Source: an uncultured Armatimonadia bacterium (GTDB lineage: Bacteria > Armatimonadota > Zipacnadia > CAVVLO01). From it: a DNA stretch of 64,000 nt. The notes under the pieces are model-generated. The model saw only the letters and a list, made by a program, of their open reading frames with translations, did no database searches and had not been told where the DNA came from. Of this stretch, positions 53,901 to 62,763 are shown in pieces. Made by a program: the position numbers and the translations under genes. Every line of letters starts with the position of its first letter. Position 1 is the first letter of the stretch. The DNA lies in contig CAVVLO010000003.1 in assembly GCA_963749155.1 (NCBI GenBank), positions 544,001-608,000 on the forward strand, in the 5' to 3' direction.

Positions 53901-54027
53901 GGCGCTACCTCAGGCGGAGGCGCTACCGCTTACGGGGCCTTCCTGGTATCTCGACGCCTCAACGAAGCGCCTCTTCATCAGGCTGAGGCACCTCACCGAG
54001 GAAGTGAGAGTGGAAGTTGGGTGGTGA
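50901..54027 (+). CDS. Large secreted hypothetical protein, paralogue of 6643-9721 (frameshift near 53100)
   Basis: Signal peptide; N-terminal CBM-like domain (LRIDP...IDYIRL); motifs shared with 6643-9721. Confidence 0.72.
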
Positions 54028-54111
54028 TTTGGCAGAAGGGGCGCCTGCCCAGCGAAGGTCACAAAACGATAAATTATTATGCAACAGAGATGCAATTCTT
54101 GTTTGAAGGGG

Positions 54112-54139
54112 TTGCGGGAAACTAGAATAGTGGTAGGCT
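54112..54139 (+). promoter_or_regulatory. Candidate sigma70-type promoter of the lower-GC cassette
   Basis: TTGCGG-N16-TAGGCT with TGn, downstream of an AT-rich tract. Confidence 0.35.
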
Positions 54140-54254
54140 GTATTTGGGTGTGAAGCGCGCTTCGGGTAACGACCACCAAAGGAGGGAAGCAAGGCGCAAG
54201 GCACCCGCGAGACTCAAAGGGTTTCATGCAGCATCAATCTGAAGGACTGGAGTG

Positions 54255-56080
54255 ATGTCTTTGAAACGCTACACCGTCTCACTGCTGGCGCTGATTGCGC
54301 TTGTTGCTTTAACATCTTGGGGGGGGGGGGGGGGGTAAGCTGGGCAGACCAGAACGACCCCACTGTTGATGTGATCGTCCAGCGCGCAACCACGTTTGGA
54401 CAGCTTGAGGCCGCAACCCACGGCTGTTATTTACGACTGAGCTTTCAATTCCCAGGGACCCCCCCACCTACAATAGTGACAGTGAATGTCACATCGCTCC
54501 TCCTGACTGAGGTGGGTGAAAATTGTCCGCCGCCATTAATCTCACCGAGCGCTGTGTCTGGACCGAGCGCCCCGTTTTTCCAAGGGCAGGTCTGGAAATG
54601 GTATTTCCTAAACTCAGTTCCACTGTTAAACGCGACCTACAATCTGCGTGTCGAATTTGAATACAGTATCGGTATGAATGATCTAGTTGAGGCAGCGCCA
54701 GTTAACCTGACGTTCAGGGCCGACAACCTTATCGTTGTTTCAGCAACAGATGGTGTGCCAGGCGCTGAGAGTGGTTTCTGTCTCTTTGATCCAGATGACA
54801 GCATAGGCGGTAAGAACATAATGCGAGTCAACATGACGCTCGCAGATTACTACCTTGCTGGACTTGACAATAGCACCACCATCACGGTGCGCTGGCACGA
54901 CCCAGTTAGTGGACAGACACTTCGTGAGGTTACCGGTAACTTGGCGATTACTGGCGACCCTGGTGATCCAGAGAATGGCACTGCAATCCAATTATTTACC
55001 TGGGACGGATTGACCAGTGGCCAGACAGTTGCAAAGGGCGCTTACCCCTACACAGCTTATTCGAGCCAGCCCGCTGGAAGCGGGATCACCGGGCCGGTCC
55101 ACCACTGGTGGCATTCGCCTTATTTAACTGTGTCGAACGTCACCGCACGCTGGGTGGACGAAAACAGCGTCCACATCGAATGGGATCTCGGTGCCACTGG
55201 CAGCATAAGCACTTCCGGCGTTGAGATCCTTGCCATCTCACCTGATCTTGTGGTGTACCCCTTCAGTGCGCCAGGTGGCACGGGCCATAAGGAAACGGCT
55301 ATAGCCCTTCAGATACCAGAAGGGGGGAATGAGGGCAACTGGTTCTTCCTGGTACGGGCCAAAGATAATGACGCCCCCTTCGACCGGGCGCACGAAGACC
55401 GGTATGCGCAGGTCAAAGGTGCACATACGCCGCCCACGATTGTCACCTATCAACTCAATAGGCCGCTAAACGGTGGAAATCTGCCAGGCTTTAACACCAC
55501 TGCTGCCGAAATAACTGCCATCTGTTTCAGCGCAAGGAGCTACGCCGTAGTTGGTGGCGGCGAGATTCCACAGGCTGCGCAGGTGGTTACAGCCTTCGAG
55601 GGGGCCACTGTCTTTGCCACTTTCAGCCATGGAGATGCAAGCGGAGGCCTGGTCATATGTGATGACCTCAACAGCCTCGGTGCGACTAGTGGATTGCTGG
55701 ATGGGCAGAGTGTTGTAGTGGGGCTTGCTGGGCACAACGCGCCCCGCTTGAAGCTGGCGCTGTTTTATGGTTGCTGGACCGCGGACGACAATTTTTACGA
55801 ACTTGGTAACCTGATTAGTAAAGCCGAGACTTGTGGCGCTGAATGTGCAATTGGGTGGAACGTGGAAGTACTCGACGGCGCGGTTGCTGACCATTTTGCC
55901 AGCGTCTTTTGGGCCCATCTATTGGACAACAGTGTTTCTGCTGCGTCTGCCGTTGCGGCTGCCGTACAGAGTTGCCAACAGACGTTTAATTTTACGGTGA
56001 CCATCCCGGCCAATCAGCTTGTACTTGACAGCATGCATCAGCATCAGATTGTTGGTAGTCTGGAGGGAGGCGCATTATGA
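54255..56080 (+). CDS. Secreted FlgD-Ig plus CHAT/clan-CD-like cysteine protease, out of frame at a G17 tract
   Basis: ATG 54255 signal peptide MSLKRYTVSLLALIALVALTSW(G)n; body in the 54317 frame with FTWDG...KGAYPY (FlgD-like), FSHG (His 55628), LALFYGCWT (Cys 55772) and GAECAIGW..V....A..F...FW. Confidence 0.65.
54319..54335 (+). repeat. G17 homopolymer tract within a signal-peptide coding region
   Basis: TCTT-G17-TAAGC; the only long homopolymer I saw in the window. Confidence 0.9.
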
Positions 56081-57078
56081 AAAGGCAGGACAACAGACTG
56101 CGATGGATTGTCAAATCGCTGATGACTTTCGGTTTTGTATGGGCACTGGCGGTGCTTGGCGGACTATATGGGGCGATTACATACGCTCAAACACTTGATG
56201 CGCGCGCAGCAGTAAAACATCTGATGAGCACAACCGGGGAGCTACACTGGGCACAGGGTAAGAGTAGCCTAAGCCAGTACAGTATAGTAGAGGATCTGTC
56301 TACCAGCCATCGCGCACAGGTATTGCTGGATTCCGGAGGCGAGAGCCTTAAAGAATTCACACGATTGGACGATATTCCATCGCAAGTTGGGCCTTCTCTC
56401 GCCAGTAAGGCGCTGGAGCAGGTCGCCAGAGAACGCGCTGCCAGTGTGCTTTCGCCAGACTACAGTCTGGACACACTCATCGCCCGCAGTGTGCCACAAT
56501 CCTTCGGCCCAGTCACCTTGGTGCATCTATATGCTGAAAGCGATGGCATCAGGATCCCACCCTGGATATGCGTTGTAATTACGAATGATGGAAAGACTGT
56601 GTGGAGTTTGAAAGTCTCAGAGGAGCCAATACCAGGTCTGCACATAGGGGACGTGAAGTATACTGCCGATGAAGCAGGGGCGCTGGCGGTACCCGAAGCG
56701 ATACGCCGCGTGGCCGCTTTAACTGGCCTGAGCGAGGCCAAAGTGCGGGAGAAAGGTGGCTACGTGCTCCAATGGACTTCACCCCTCTACTACTCTAACA
56801 GCCCGCTCGGTTATTGTGGGCTGCCCACTCCAGGCGCCTTTTACGGCGCGCGGGTCGCCCGCACTAAGAGTCCGGAAGCCGGTAAAAGTGACGGACTGCC
56901 GCAAGAGGTGTCCCTCATCGTTGACGCCAATACTGGCAAGACTGCCGTACCGCCTGGGATTGCTGGGCAGATGCCATCAGTTGCCGATAAGTCAGCGCAG
57001 CCTCTTGTCGCCTACGCTCTCGCCGCCTTGGCGGGGTTGCTGGTCGTCTTCCTTGTCGTGAAGCTGAGGAAGAGGTAG
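56077..57078 (+). CDS. Membrane-anchored protein with PepSY-like motif
   Basis: ATGA overlap with the upstream stop; N-terminal signal/TM; LIVDANTGK; C-terminal TM followed by KLRKR. Confidence 0.65.
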   Translation: MKRQDNRLRWIVKSLMTFGFVWALAVLGGLYGAITYAQTLDARAAVKHLMSTTGELHWAQGKSSLSQYSIVEDLSTSHRAQVLLDSGGESLKEFTRLDDIPSQVGPSLASKALEQVARERAASVLSPDYSLDTLIARSVPQSFGPVTLVHLYAESDGIRIPPWICVVITNDGKTVWSLKVSEEPIPGLHIGDVKYTADEAGALAVPEAIRRVAALTGLSEAKVREKGGYVLQWTSPLYYSNSPLGYCGLPTPGAFYGARVARTKSPEAGKSDGLPQEVSLIVDANTGKTAVPPGIAGQMPSVADKSAQPLVAYALAALAGLLVVFLVVKLRKR

Positions 57079-57106
57079 ACGCTCGCGAATTGCGCGCGGA
57101 CGAAAA

Positions 57107-57147
57107 GCAAACAGGGAGGCCCTTCGCGGGGCCTCCCTGCTAGTTTG
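57107..57147. terminator. Intrinsic terminator between convergent genes
   Basis: CAGGGAGGCCC-TTCGCG-GGGCCTCCCTG. Confidence 0.75.
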
Positions 57148-57164
57148 AGCTGGGTAATAAGCGG

Positions 57165-60100
57165 TTAGTCGAGTTCTTCCACGATGATGGGGCCCATCAG
57201 GCCGTGGTCGGTGAGCTGGTAGTCGAAGCTCCAGCGCGGGTGGTCGGGCGAGAAGCTGTGGGGGCCGGTGCCAGGCTCCCACGGGGTGTGCAGCGGGCCG
57301 AGGATATTCTTGCGCCCGCCGATCACCTCGACGACGACCTCGGTCTCATCCTTGTCCAGCGCCTCGGTTATATCGGCCTCGAAAGGCGCCCACAGCAGCG
57401 GGAAGGTCTGCTGCCCCACGTGGACCGCCGCCATCGTCGCCGCAAGTTCGGGCAGTCTGATGCGCAGCCGCTTGCCGGCCTTGGGCCTGGCCACCTTCAG
57501 CTTGTAGCGCACCGCCGCGCCGTAGAAATCCAGCCCCTGGCCAACCCAGGAGCCCAGCGCAAGCTTGTCCGGCAGCTTCGTCAGGGTCATATTGGTTGGA
57601 CTTGGCCCCTCGGCGTCCAGCTTCTTAACGCCGAAATCGCCGATGAGATAGAGGTCTTCGAGCTCCAGATCGGGCCGGTACCAGAAACGCAGCTCCAGCA
57701 CGGTCTCTCCTTCCCCAAGCACAGGCATCAGATCGCAGGTGCGGAAGTCTTCCGACACCCACCAGCCCCCCTCAGGGCCTACCCGCTGACCATTTACGAT
57801 GATCTCGAACTCGTCGGGATTCTCGAGAGCGAGTTTGCAGAGGGTCGGTTTCACATCAATCTGGAACTTGTACCTGAGCACGGCCTCAAAACGAGGCCTG
57901 GTATCCACGGTGCCAAGCGCATAGAGATACCAGGGCTGATGCTCATTGCCCAGGCGAGTGCCCAGGCCGCAGCGCTCGCGGAACTCCTTGTCCACCTGGA
58001 GGGTGGGCTTGAGTTCGGAGAAGTCAGAGCCGTCGATGCTGTAGTCGCAGTAGTCCAGCGGGAAGCTGTTGAGCTCGGTCAGCTCATACTCGAAGGGGCC
58101 TTCGAAGGCCTTCCACGAGACGACTTTGGGCGCCGGCTTGTTGGGGACCGCATCGGGCACGTGAATCCCGTAGGAAAGCAGCGCCGAGCCGGTCGAGGGC
58201 AGGTCCAGCAGAACGAAGCCGCCCTCGGAGTCGGCCTCGCCGGCAAGCAGGGTCTTCTCCCCGGCCAGGGCATCCCAGAGTACGATGGGCAGGCTGGCGC
58301 CCTCAACGCGCACTTCGAGCTTGAGAGGCTGCTTGCGCTCATGCGACTGGACGAAGAGCAGATAGCCCTCATCCACCTGGCGCAGCATCGCCCAGACCTG
58401 ATCGCACTCTTTGCCGTCCACCTGGAGGCTGACCTGACGGGGAAGGAGGCTTCCAACTTGCCTGATCAGAGCCGCAGGCTCCGCATCGCAGTTCGCAGAA
58501 CTATCAAGCAGCCTGAGCAAGGCCGCATCGGCGCAGTCCTTGCCATCGCACCTGACAGGTTGCTCGCCCGCGAAGAGGACCTTCCCCCCCGCCGCGACGA
58601 AGGCGTTGAGCAGTTTGATTGTAGACTTGCGCAAGGTGACGACAGGCGGCACGACGACGAGTTTGTAGCTCATCTGGCCGACGGTCAGGCCGTCAGCGGT
58701 GACGTGGCCATAACGCGCCAGCAGGCCTTCATCGCCGAAATCCCAGTCATAGTGTTGGCCGGTGAGGGTGAACATCACGGTGCGGAGCGACTGCTCCAGT
58801 TCACCGAGTTTGGGCGCAGCCTGGTTGGAGCCGGGCGTGAGAAGGCCCCAGGCGCTTTCAATCGGGTGGATTACAAGCACGTCGCGCACTGGCTTGCCGC
58901 GCGTGAGCATATACGAGAGACGCGCGAAGTAGTCCTCCACGCCCTTGTAATACGGCCACCAGGGACTGTGGTTGATTATGCTGGCGGGGTAATCGCGTTT
59001 GGCGCCGCCGGCCAGGCTGTAATGGGTCAGATGCTGACAGCGGAAGTTGATTCCGGTCGCATACTGCCAGTCGCCGAGGAACTTGTGACCCTCCAGCGGG
59101 AAGTCCCAGCCGGTGCAACCGTAAAGCTCGGTGAGTACGCGCTCCTTACCGAGCTGGTCGGCCACGGAGGAGCACTGCTTGGCGGTCAGAAGCTCTTCGG
59201 CCTGGTCGGTGAGGAGGTCTATCCCAGGCCACTGCATATGCTCATAGTGGGGCATACAGGCGCCGACGACCATCGTCTGCAAAGTCAGATCGCCTTCGAG
59301 TAGCACGTGGCCGGTGAGGGCGATACGCTCCTTGCCGCACCAGGCGCCAATCTGCCCGGAGAAGTTCTCGACGAAGAGCTCGGTGATGGTCTGGTGGTAG
59401 TCGTGTTGGACCTTGCTGAAGGCGCCGCCGGCCGCTGGGAAGAAGAGCTCGGGCAGATGGTTCATCAGGTCGTAGCCGCGCCGCGCTTTGAATTCTTCCG
59501 GCAGGCGAGGCGTCCAGTGGGCCTGGAGCGTTACATCGGCGCCGACGTTGTTGCGCCAGCCGTAGTTAGGCTCATCGGTGAACATCCCAGGAATCAGCGC
59601 GCCGAAATCCTTGCCATAGCGGGCGGCATACTGGTCATGGGTGCTCTTGATATATTCGGCGACGGCCTCGTGGCTCAGCACATCGAGATAACCGCCATCA
59701 TTGGTCCAACCACTGGGAATCTCGGTTCTCACCGCGAAGGCCATACCGCAGCCTGAAGCGCATTTGGAGTAGCTCTTGAGCGCGCCAGCCTCGTCGAGTT
59801 CTACCTCGAAATTCGCAAGACTCGAGGAGGCATCTTTAAGCTCGGTGGCAGCGCCGGCGACCAGATACTTGAGCCGAAGCTCGGGGTGTTCGCGGGTGAC
59901 GAAGCCGCCAGCAGGGCCGGAAGGCCAGCGATCCTCATCGTAGAGATAAGCTTTCAGGTCCAGCGCGCGAGCTTTCTCGATACACAGGCCCAACAGGTCG
60001 AACCATTCCTCGGACAGATAGGGAGTTTTAAGCCCATAGCGGCTGTGCATAAAGAAGCCGCCCATCCCGCCCTTGTGCATCTCGTCAATCTGAGACAGCA

Positions 60101-60203
60101 GCCTGTCTTTTTCGAGCTTGCTGTTGAGGGACCAGAAAGGCGCGCCGCGCCAGAGTGAGGGGGGATCTGCCCAGATGCCGTTCCAGAGGTCGAGCTTGTT
60201 CAT
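57165..60203 (-). CDS. GH106-like glycoside hydrolase (no signal peptide)
   Basis: PFWSLN, GGFFMHSRYGL, YLYDEDRWPSGPAGG, FTDEP, TELYGCTGW and KRDYPAS motifs. Confidence 0.85.
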   Translation of the reverse strand: MNKLDLWNGIWADPPSLWRGAPFWSLNSKLEKDRLLSQIDEMHKGGMGGFFMHSRYGLKTPYLSEEWFDLLGLCIEKARALDLKAYLYDEDRWPSGPAGGFVTREHPELRLKYLVAGAATELKDASSSLANFEVELDEAGALKSYSKCASGCGMAFAVRTEIPSGWTNDGGYLDVLSHEAVAEYIKSTHDQYAARYGKDFGALIPGMFTDEPNYGWRNNVGADVTLQAHWTPRLPEEFKARRGYDLMNHLPELFFPAAGGAFSKVQHDYHQTITELFVENFSGQIGAWCGKERIALTGHVLLEGDLTLQTMVVGACMPHYEHMQWPGIDLLTDQAEELLTAKQCSSVADQLGKERVLTELYGCTGWDFPLEGHKFLGDWQYATGINFRCQHLTHYSLAGGAKRDYPASIINHSPWWPYYKGVEDYFARLSYMLTRGKPVRDVLVIHPIESAWGLLTPGSNQAAPKLGELEQSLRTVMFTLTGQHYDWDFGDEGLLARYGHVTADGLTVGQMSYKLVVVPPVVTLRKSTIKLLNAFVAAGGKVLFAGEQPVRCDGKDCADAALLRLLDSSANCDAEPAALIRQVGSLLPRQVSLQVDGKECDQVWAMLRQVDEGYLLFVQSHERKQPLKLEVRVEGASLPIVLWDALAGEKTLLAGEADSEGGFVLLDLPSTGSALLSYGIHVPDAVPNKPAPKVVSWKAFEGPFEYELTELNSFPLDYCDYSIDGSDFSELKPTLQVDKEFRERCGLGTRLGNEHQPWYLYALGTVDTRPRFEAVLRYKFQIDVKPTLCKLALENPDEFEIIVNGQRVGPEGGWWVSEDFRTCDLMPVLGEGETVLELRFWYRPDLELEDLYLIGDFGVKKLDAEGPSPTNMTLTKLPDKLALGSWVGQGLDFYGAAVRYKLKVARPKAGKRLRIRLPELAATMAAVHVGQQTFPLLWAPFEADITEALDKDETEVVVEVIGGRKNILGPLHTPWEPGTGPHSFSPDHPRWSFDYQLTDHGLMGPIIVEELD

Positions 60204-60286
60204 TTTAAACACCTCGCCAGTGTTAAAGACGTATCTAATAGTCTGTCACAGGTTACGAAAGCAGGCAAGGTGTTGAGGCTTATTTG

Positions 60287-61703
60287 CTACCAGGAAGTAC
60301 GGACTAGCAAAGTGGTGACACTTTCGGCGGGTAGCACGAGGGAAAGCAAATAGCCTTCGAGAGGGATTTTGGGAAGCGCGGCAAGGCTTTCGGTCGCGCT
60401 GGTGCGGAAGGCCTGGGCGTGAGGCGCGATTTCTGAAAAAGCCGACAGGTCGAACTGGCGCCTGACTTCGGTCGCCTCAGGATTGAAGGCCACCAGAATC
60501 AGCTTGCCGGCCTCTTCGTCCAGCGCGGCCAGGGTGCGCTGGTCTCCGCTTGGGATGAGGACGCAGCCCGGGCGCAAGAAGCGGCTGTACTGAGCCATCA
60601 CCCAGTAGGCTTTCGTGTAAGCGAAGCCTGATTCGGGGTGCTCGAAATCTGCGTGGAGGAGGCCCCAATTGAAGTTGTACTGCACGCACATCGCCTCGTT
60701 CTCGATGGCCTGCCAATAGACCCAGGCGTCGGCCCCAAGGTCGGCAAGGTCCCACTGGATGGTCTGGGCCAGGGCCAGCCCGCTGCCCATCGCGTCATGG
60801 TCGTGAGCGCCGACGCTGCCTCCATATTCGGACATCCAGAGGCGCTTGCCAAGAGGCTTCACTTCAGCTTGCAGCGCGGCGCGGTTCCAGCCCCAGTAGG
60901 CGTGCGTATTGACCTGCGCAACCGCCTCGCGCGCCTCGGGTGAAAGCTCCCGCCAGGTGGCCAGCGAGTGTTCGATGCTGGTTTCATCGGAGGCCGCCAC
61001 CTCGGTGGCAAGCCCAACCTCGGCCAATTTGCGCGCGAGCAGTGGTATCAGCAGGCTCTGGGTAGCCACGTCGAAGTGGCAGCCTTCCTGATTGCCTCCC
61101 GCTTTCCAGTAATCGCTTCGGGGTTCATTGAAGGGGTCTAGCGTGCGGAAATCGATACCTTCTTCGTCCCGGAAGTGCCGGACTGCCTCGACCAGGAAGT
61201 CAGTATAGCGTTCGTATTCGGAGGGCTTGAGATTGTCTTTTGCCGGGTCGGTTGCGCCCGCACTGCAGCCGCTTTCGGTCATCCACCAGGGGGGCGAATT
61301 AACGAAGGCTTCGATGAGGTTGGCTCCACGCGCTTTGGCCGCCTGAAGGAACCAGCGCTGGCCTGGGTCGGCTTCCCAGTCGAAGACGCCAGGCTCGGGC
61401 TGGAAGCATGGCACCTGCCCGCCCAGGCGCATATGGTTGTGGCCTGGAGCGTCTCCCCCACCAAAATTGTACCTGGCGATGTTCAGGCGCAGGCCTTTTT
61501 CTCCGAACAGGGCGTCGGCAAGCTGGCTTCGGACAGGCTCAGGCCACTGACCGAGTATGTTTGCGAACCAGCAAAGCGAGGTGCCCCAACCCTCCAGGCG
61601 CTGCCTGGGCAAAGTCGGCTCTAGCCGGGCAGGCTTATCCTCTGCCAGGGCCAGCGAAACTAGGCAGCAAGAGGAGTGCAAGGCCAAGTAATTCGGCTTT
61701 CAA
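60287..61703 (-). CDS. Secreted GH30 hydrolase, endo-beta-1,6-galactanase-like (frameshift near 61665 in the signal peptide)
   Basis: GWGTSLCWFAN, RYNFGGG, NSPPWWMT, PFNEP, QEGCH, WMSEYG and AWVYWQ motifs; TTG at 61703 with GGGAG. Confidence 0.88.
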
Positions 61704-61712
61704 GTGTGCTCC

Positions 61713-62657
61713 CTAGTTTTGCTTCATCCGGGTATAAAGCCATAGTCCAATTCCAATCACCAGCAATACCGACGTGATGAGCAAGCCTGTCTGCAATCCT
61801 GATTTTTCCGAGGCAGGAGGGAGTGCGCCATAATCTACATCGGCCTCAGAGGAGGTATCAAACAGATTATCCGGAGGCGGTGCGGTCGGTGGCGGGGCTA
61901 CAGCCTGCTTGCTCACTCTGACAGAGCGCCAATCAGTGGCATAGCAAGCCGGTGCTTTCGGCATCTGGACTGGCTTATACCTTAGTTTGCCCGTCGAGTC
62001 ATCTACATCGGCCGCCCACCAGTCGCCCTTCGCATCTTGCCAGCCCACCTGCCACAAAGGGCCAAGTTGCTGGCCTTTTGCGCTTTCAGGCAAGTCAGGG
62101 ACTTCAGCCTTCACCGCCGCGAGAGCCTCTTTGTCCGAGCCCTCTTCATCAGGATATTCCAGGGTCGTTACAGAAGAGAAAGCGGCGATCCGGCCCGCCT
62201 TGTCAACAATCAGGCCCCAGACCGCTTTGCTGAGTGTTTGGTTGCCCTTGCCGAGATACCAGACATAGCTAGTGGGCAGAAGGGTTTTCTCCCAGGGCAT
62301 ATCATCAGCAGGAACTGGCAAGTTAAGAGCCTTGGAAAGGGTGACGACTACTTCTTGCACCTGCTCGGTGGTTGGCTCTGCCCCTCGGGCACTAACCTGA
62401 GGCAGCCAGGGAGCTCCGCCAAAAACTGAAAGCGCCACAAACTCGCCGGAGTTTTCATTGACAGTGATCATCACTCCCGATGCGGCGAAACTGACAAACC
62501 CGCGCTGGGTGTCATAATCTGAAGGGCGAGGCTCCAGGGTCGGGCTTGGCGCGCCCAAGGCCTTAAGCAGGGCAGTTGCCGCCCCCTCAGGGGTTTCTGC
62601 CCAGGCCCAGGAGGCCAGAAAGAGGACTAGAAGGACTCCGAGCACGCATCTCGACAC
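61713..62657 (-). CDS. Membrane-anchored hypothetical protein with PepSY-like motif
   Basis: Signal peptide ending AWA; AADVDDSTGK; Pro-rich linker; C-terminal TM followed by RMKQN. Confidence 0.65.
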   Translation of the reverse strand: MSRCVLGVLLVLFLASWAWAETPEGAATALLKALGAPSPTLEPRPSDYDTQRGFVSFAASGVMITVNENSGEFVALSVFGGAPWLPQVSARGAEPTTEQVQEVVVTLSKALNLPVPADDMPWEKTLLPTSYVWYLGKGNQTLSKAVWGLIVDKAGRIAAFSSVTTLEYPDEEGSDKEALAAVKAEVPDLPESAKGQQLGPLWQVGWQDAKGDWWAADVDDSTGKLRYKPVQMPKAPACYATDWRSVRVSKQAVAPPPTAPPPDNLFDTSSEADVDYGALPPASEKSGLQTGLLITSVLLVIGIGLWLYTRMKQN

Positions 62658-62699
62658 TTGCGATCACTCTCCTCGGAAGGCTTTCACTGATGATACCAC

Positions 62700-62726
62700 G
62701 CGGGAGAAGTCATAAAGAAGTCGAAC
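62700..62726 (+). promoter_or_regulatory. SigH-like bipartite motif
   Basis: GCGGGA-N16-CGAAC, 38 nt before the ATG at 62764. Confidence 0.55.
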
Positions 62727-62763
62727 TAGGCCTCGCAAGCTCGTAAATCCGGAGGCTCTGTAG

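Noticed and set aside
54031..54060. Extra SigH-like motif GCAGAA-N15-CGAA at the edge of the lower-GC cassette
   Set aside because: Mismatch in the -35 box, 15-nt spacer and no convincing gene start at the usual distance; could be a remnant but is unsupported
9786..59303. Long antisense ORFs (e.g. 9786-11513, 11541-12986, 24791-26749, 40971-42560, 57204-59303)
   Set aside because: Shadow frames of well-supported genes in GC-rich DNA, with no recognisable motifs
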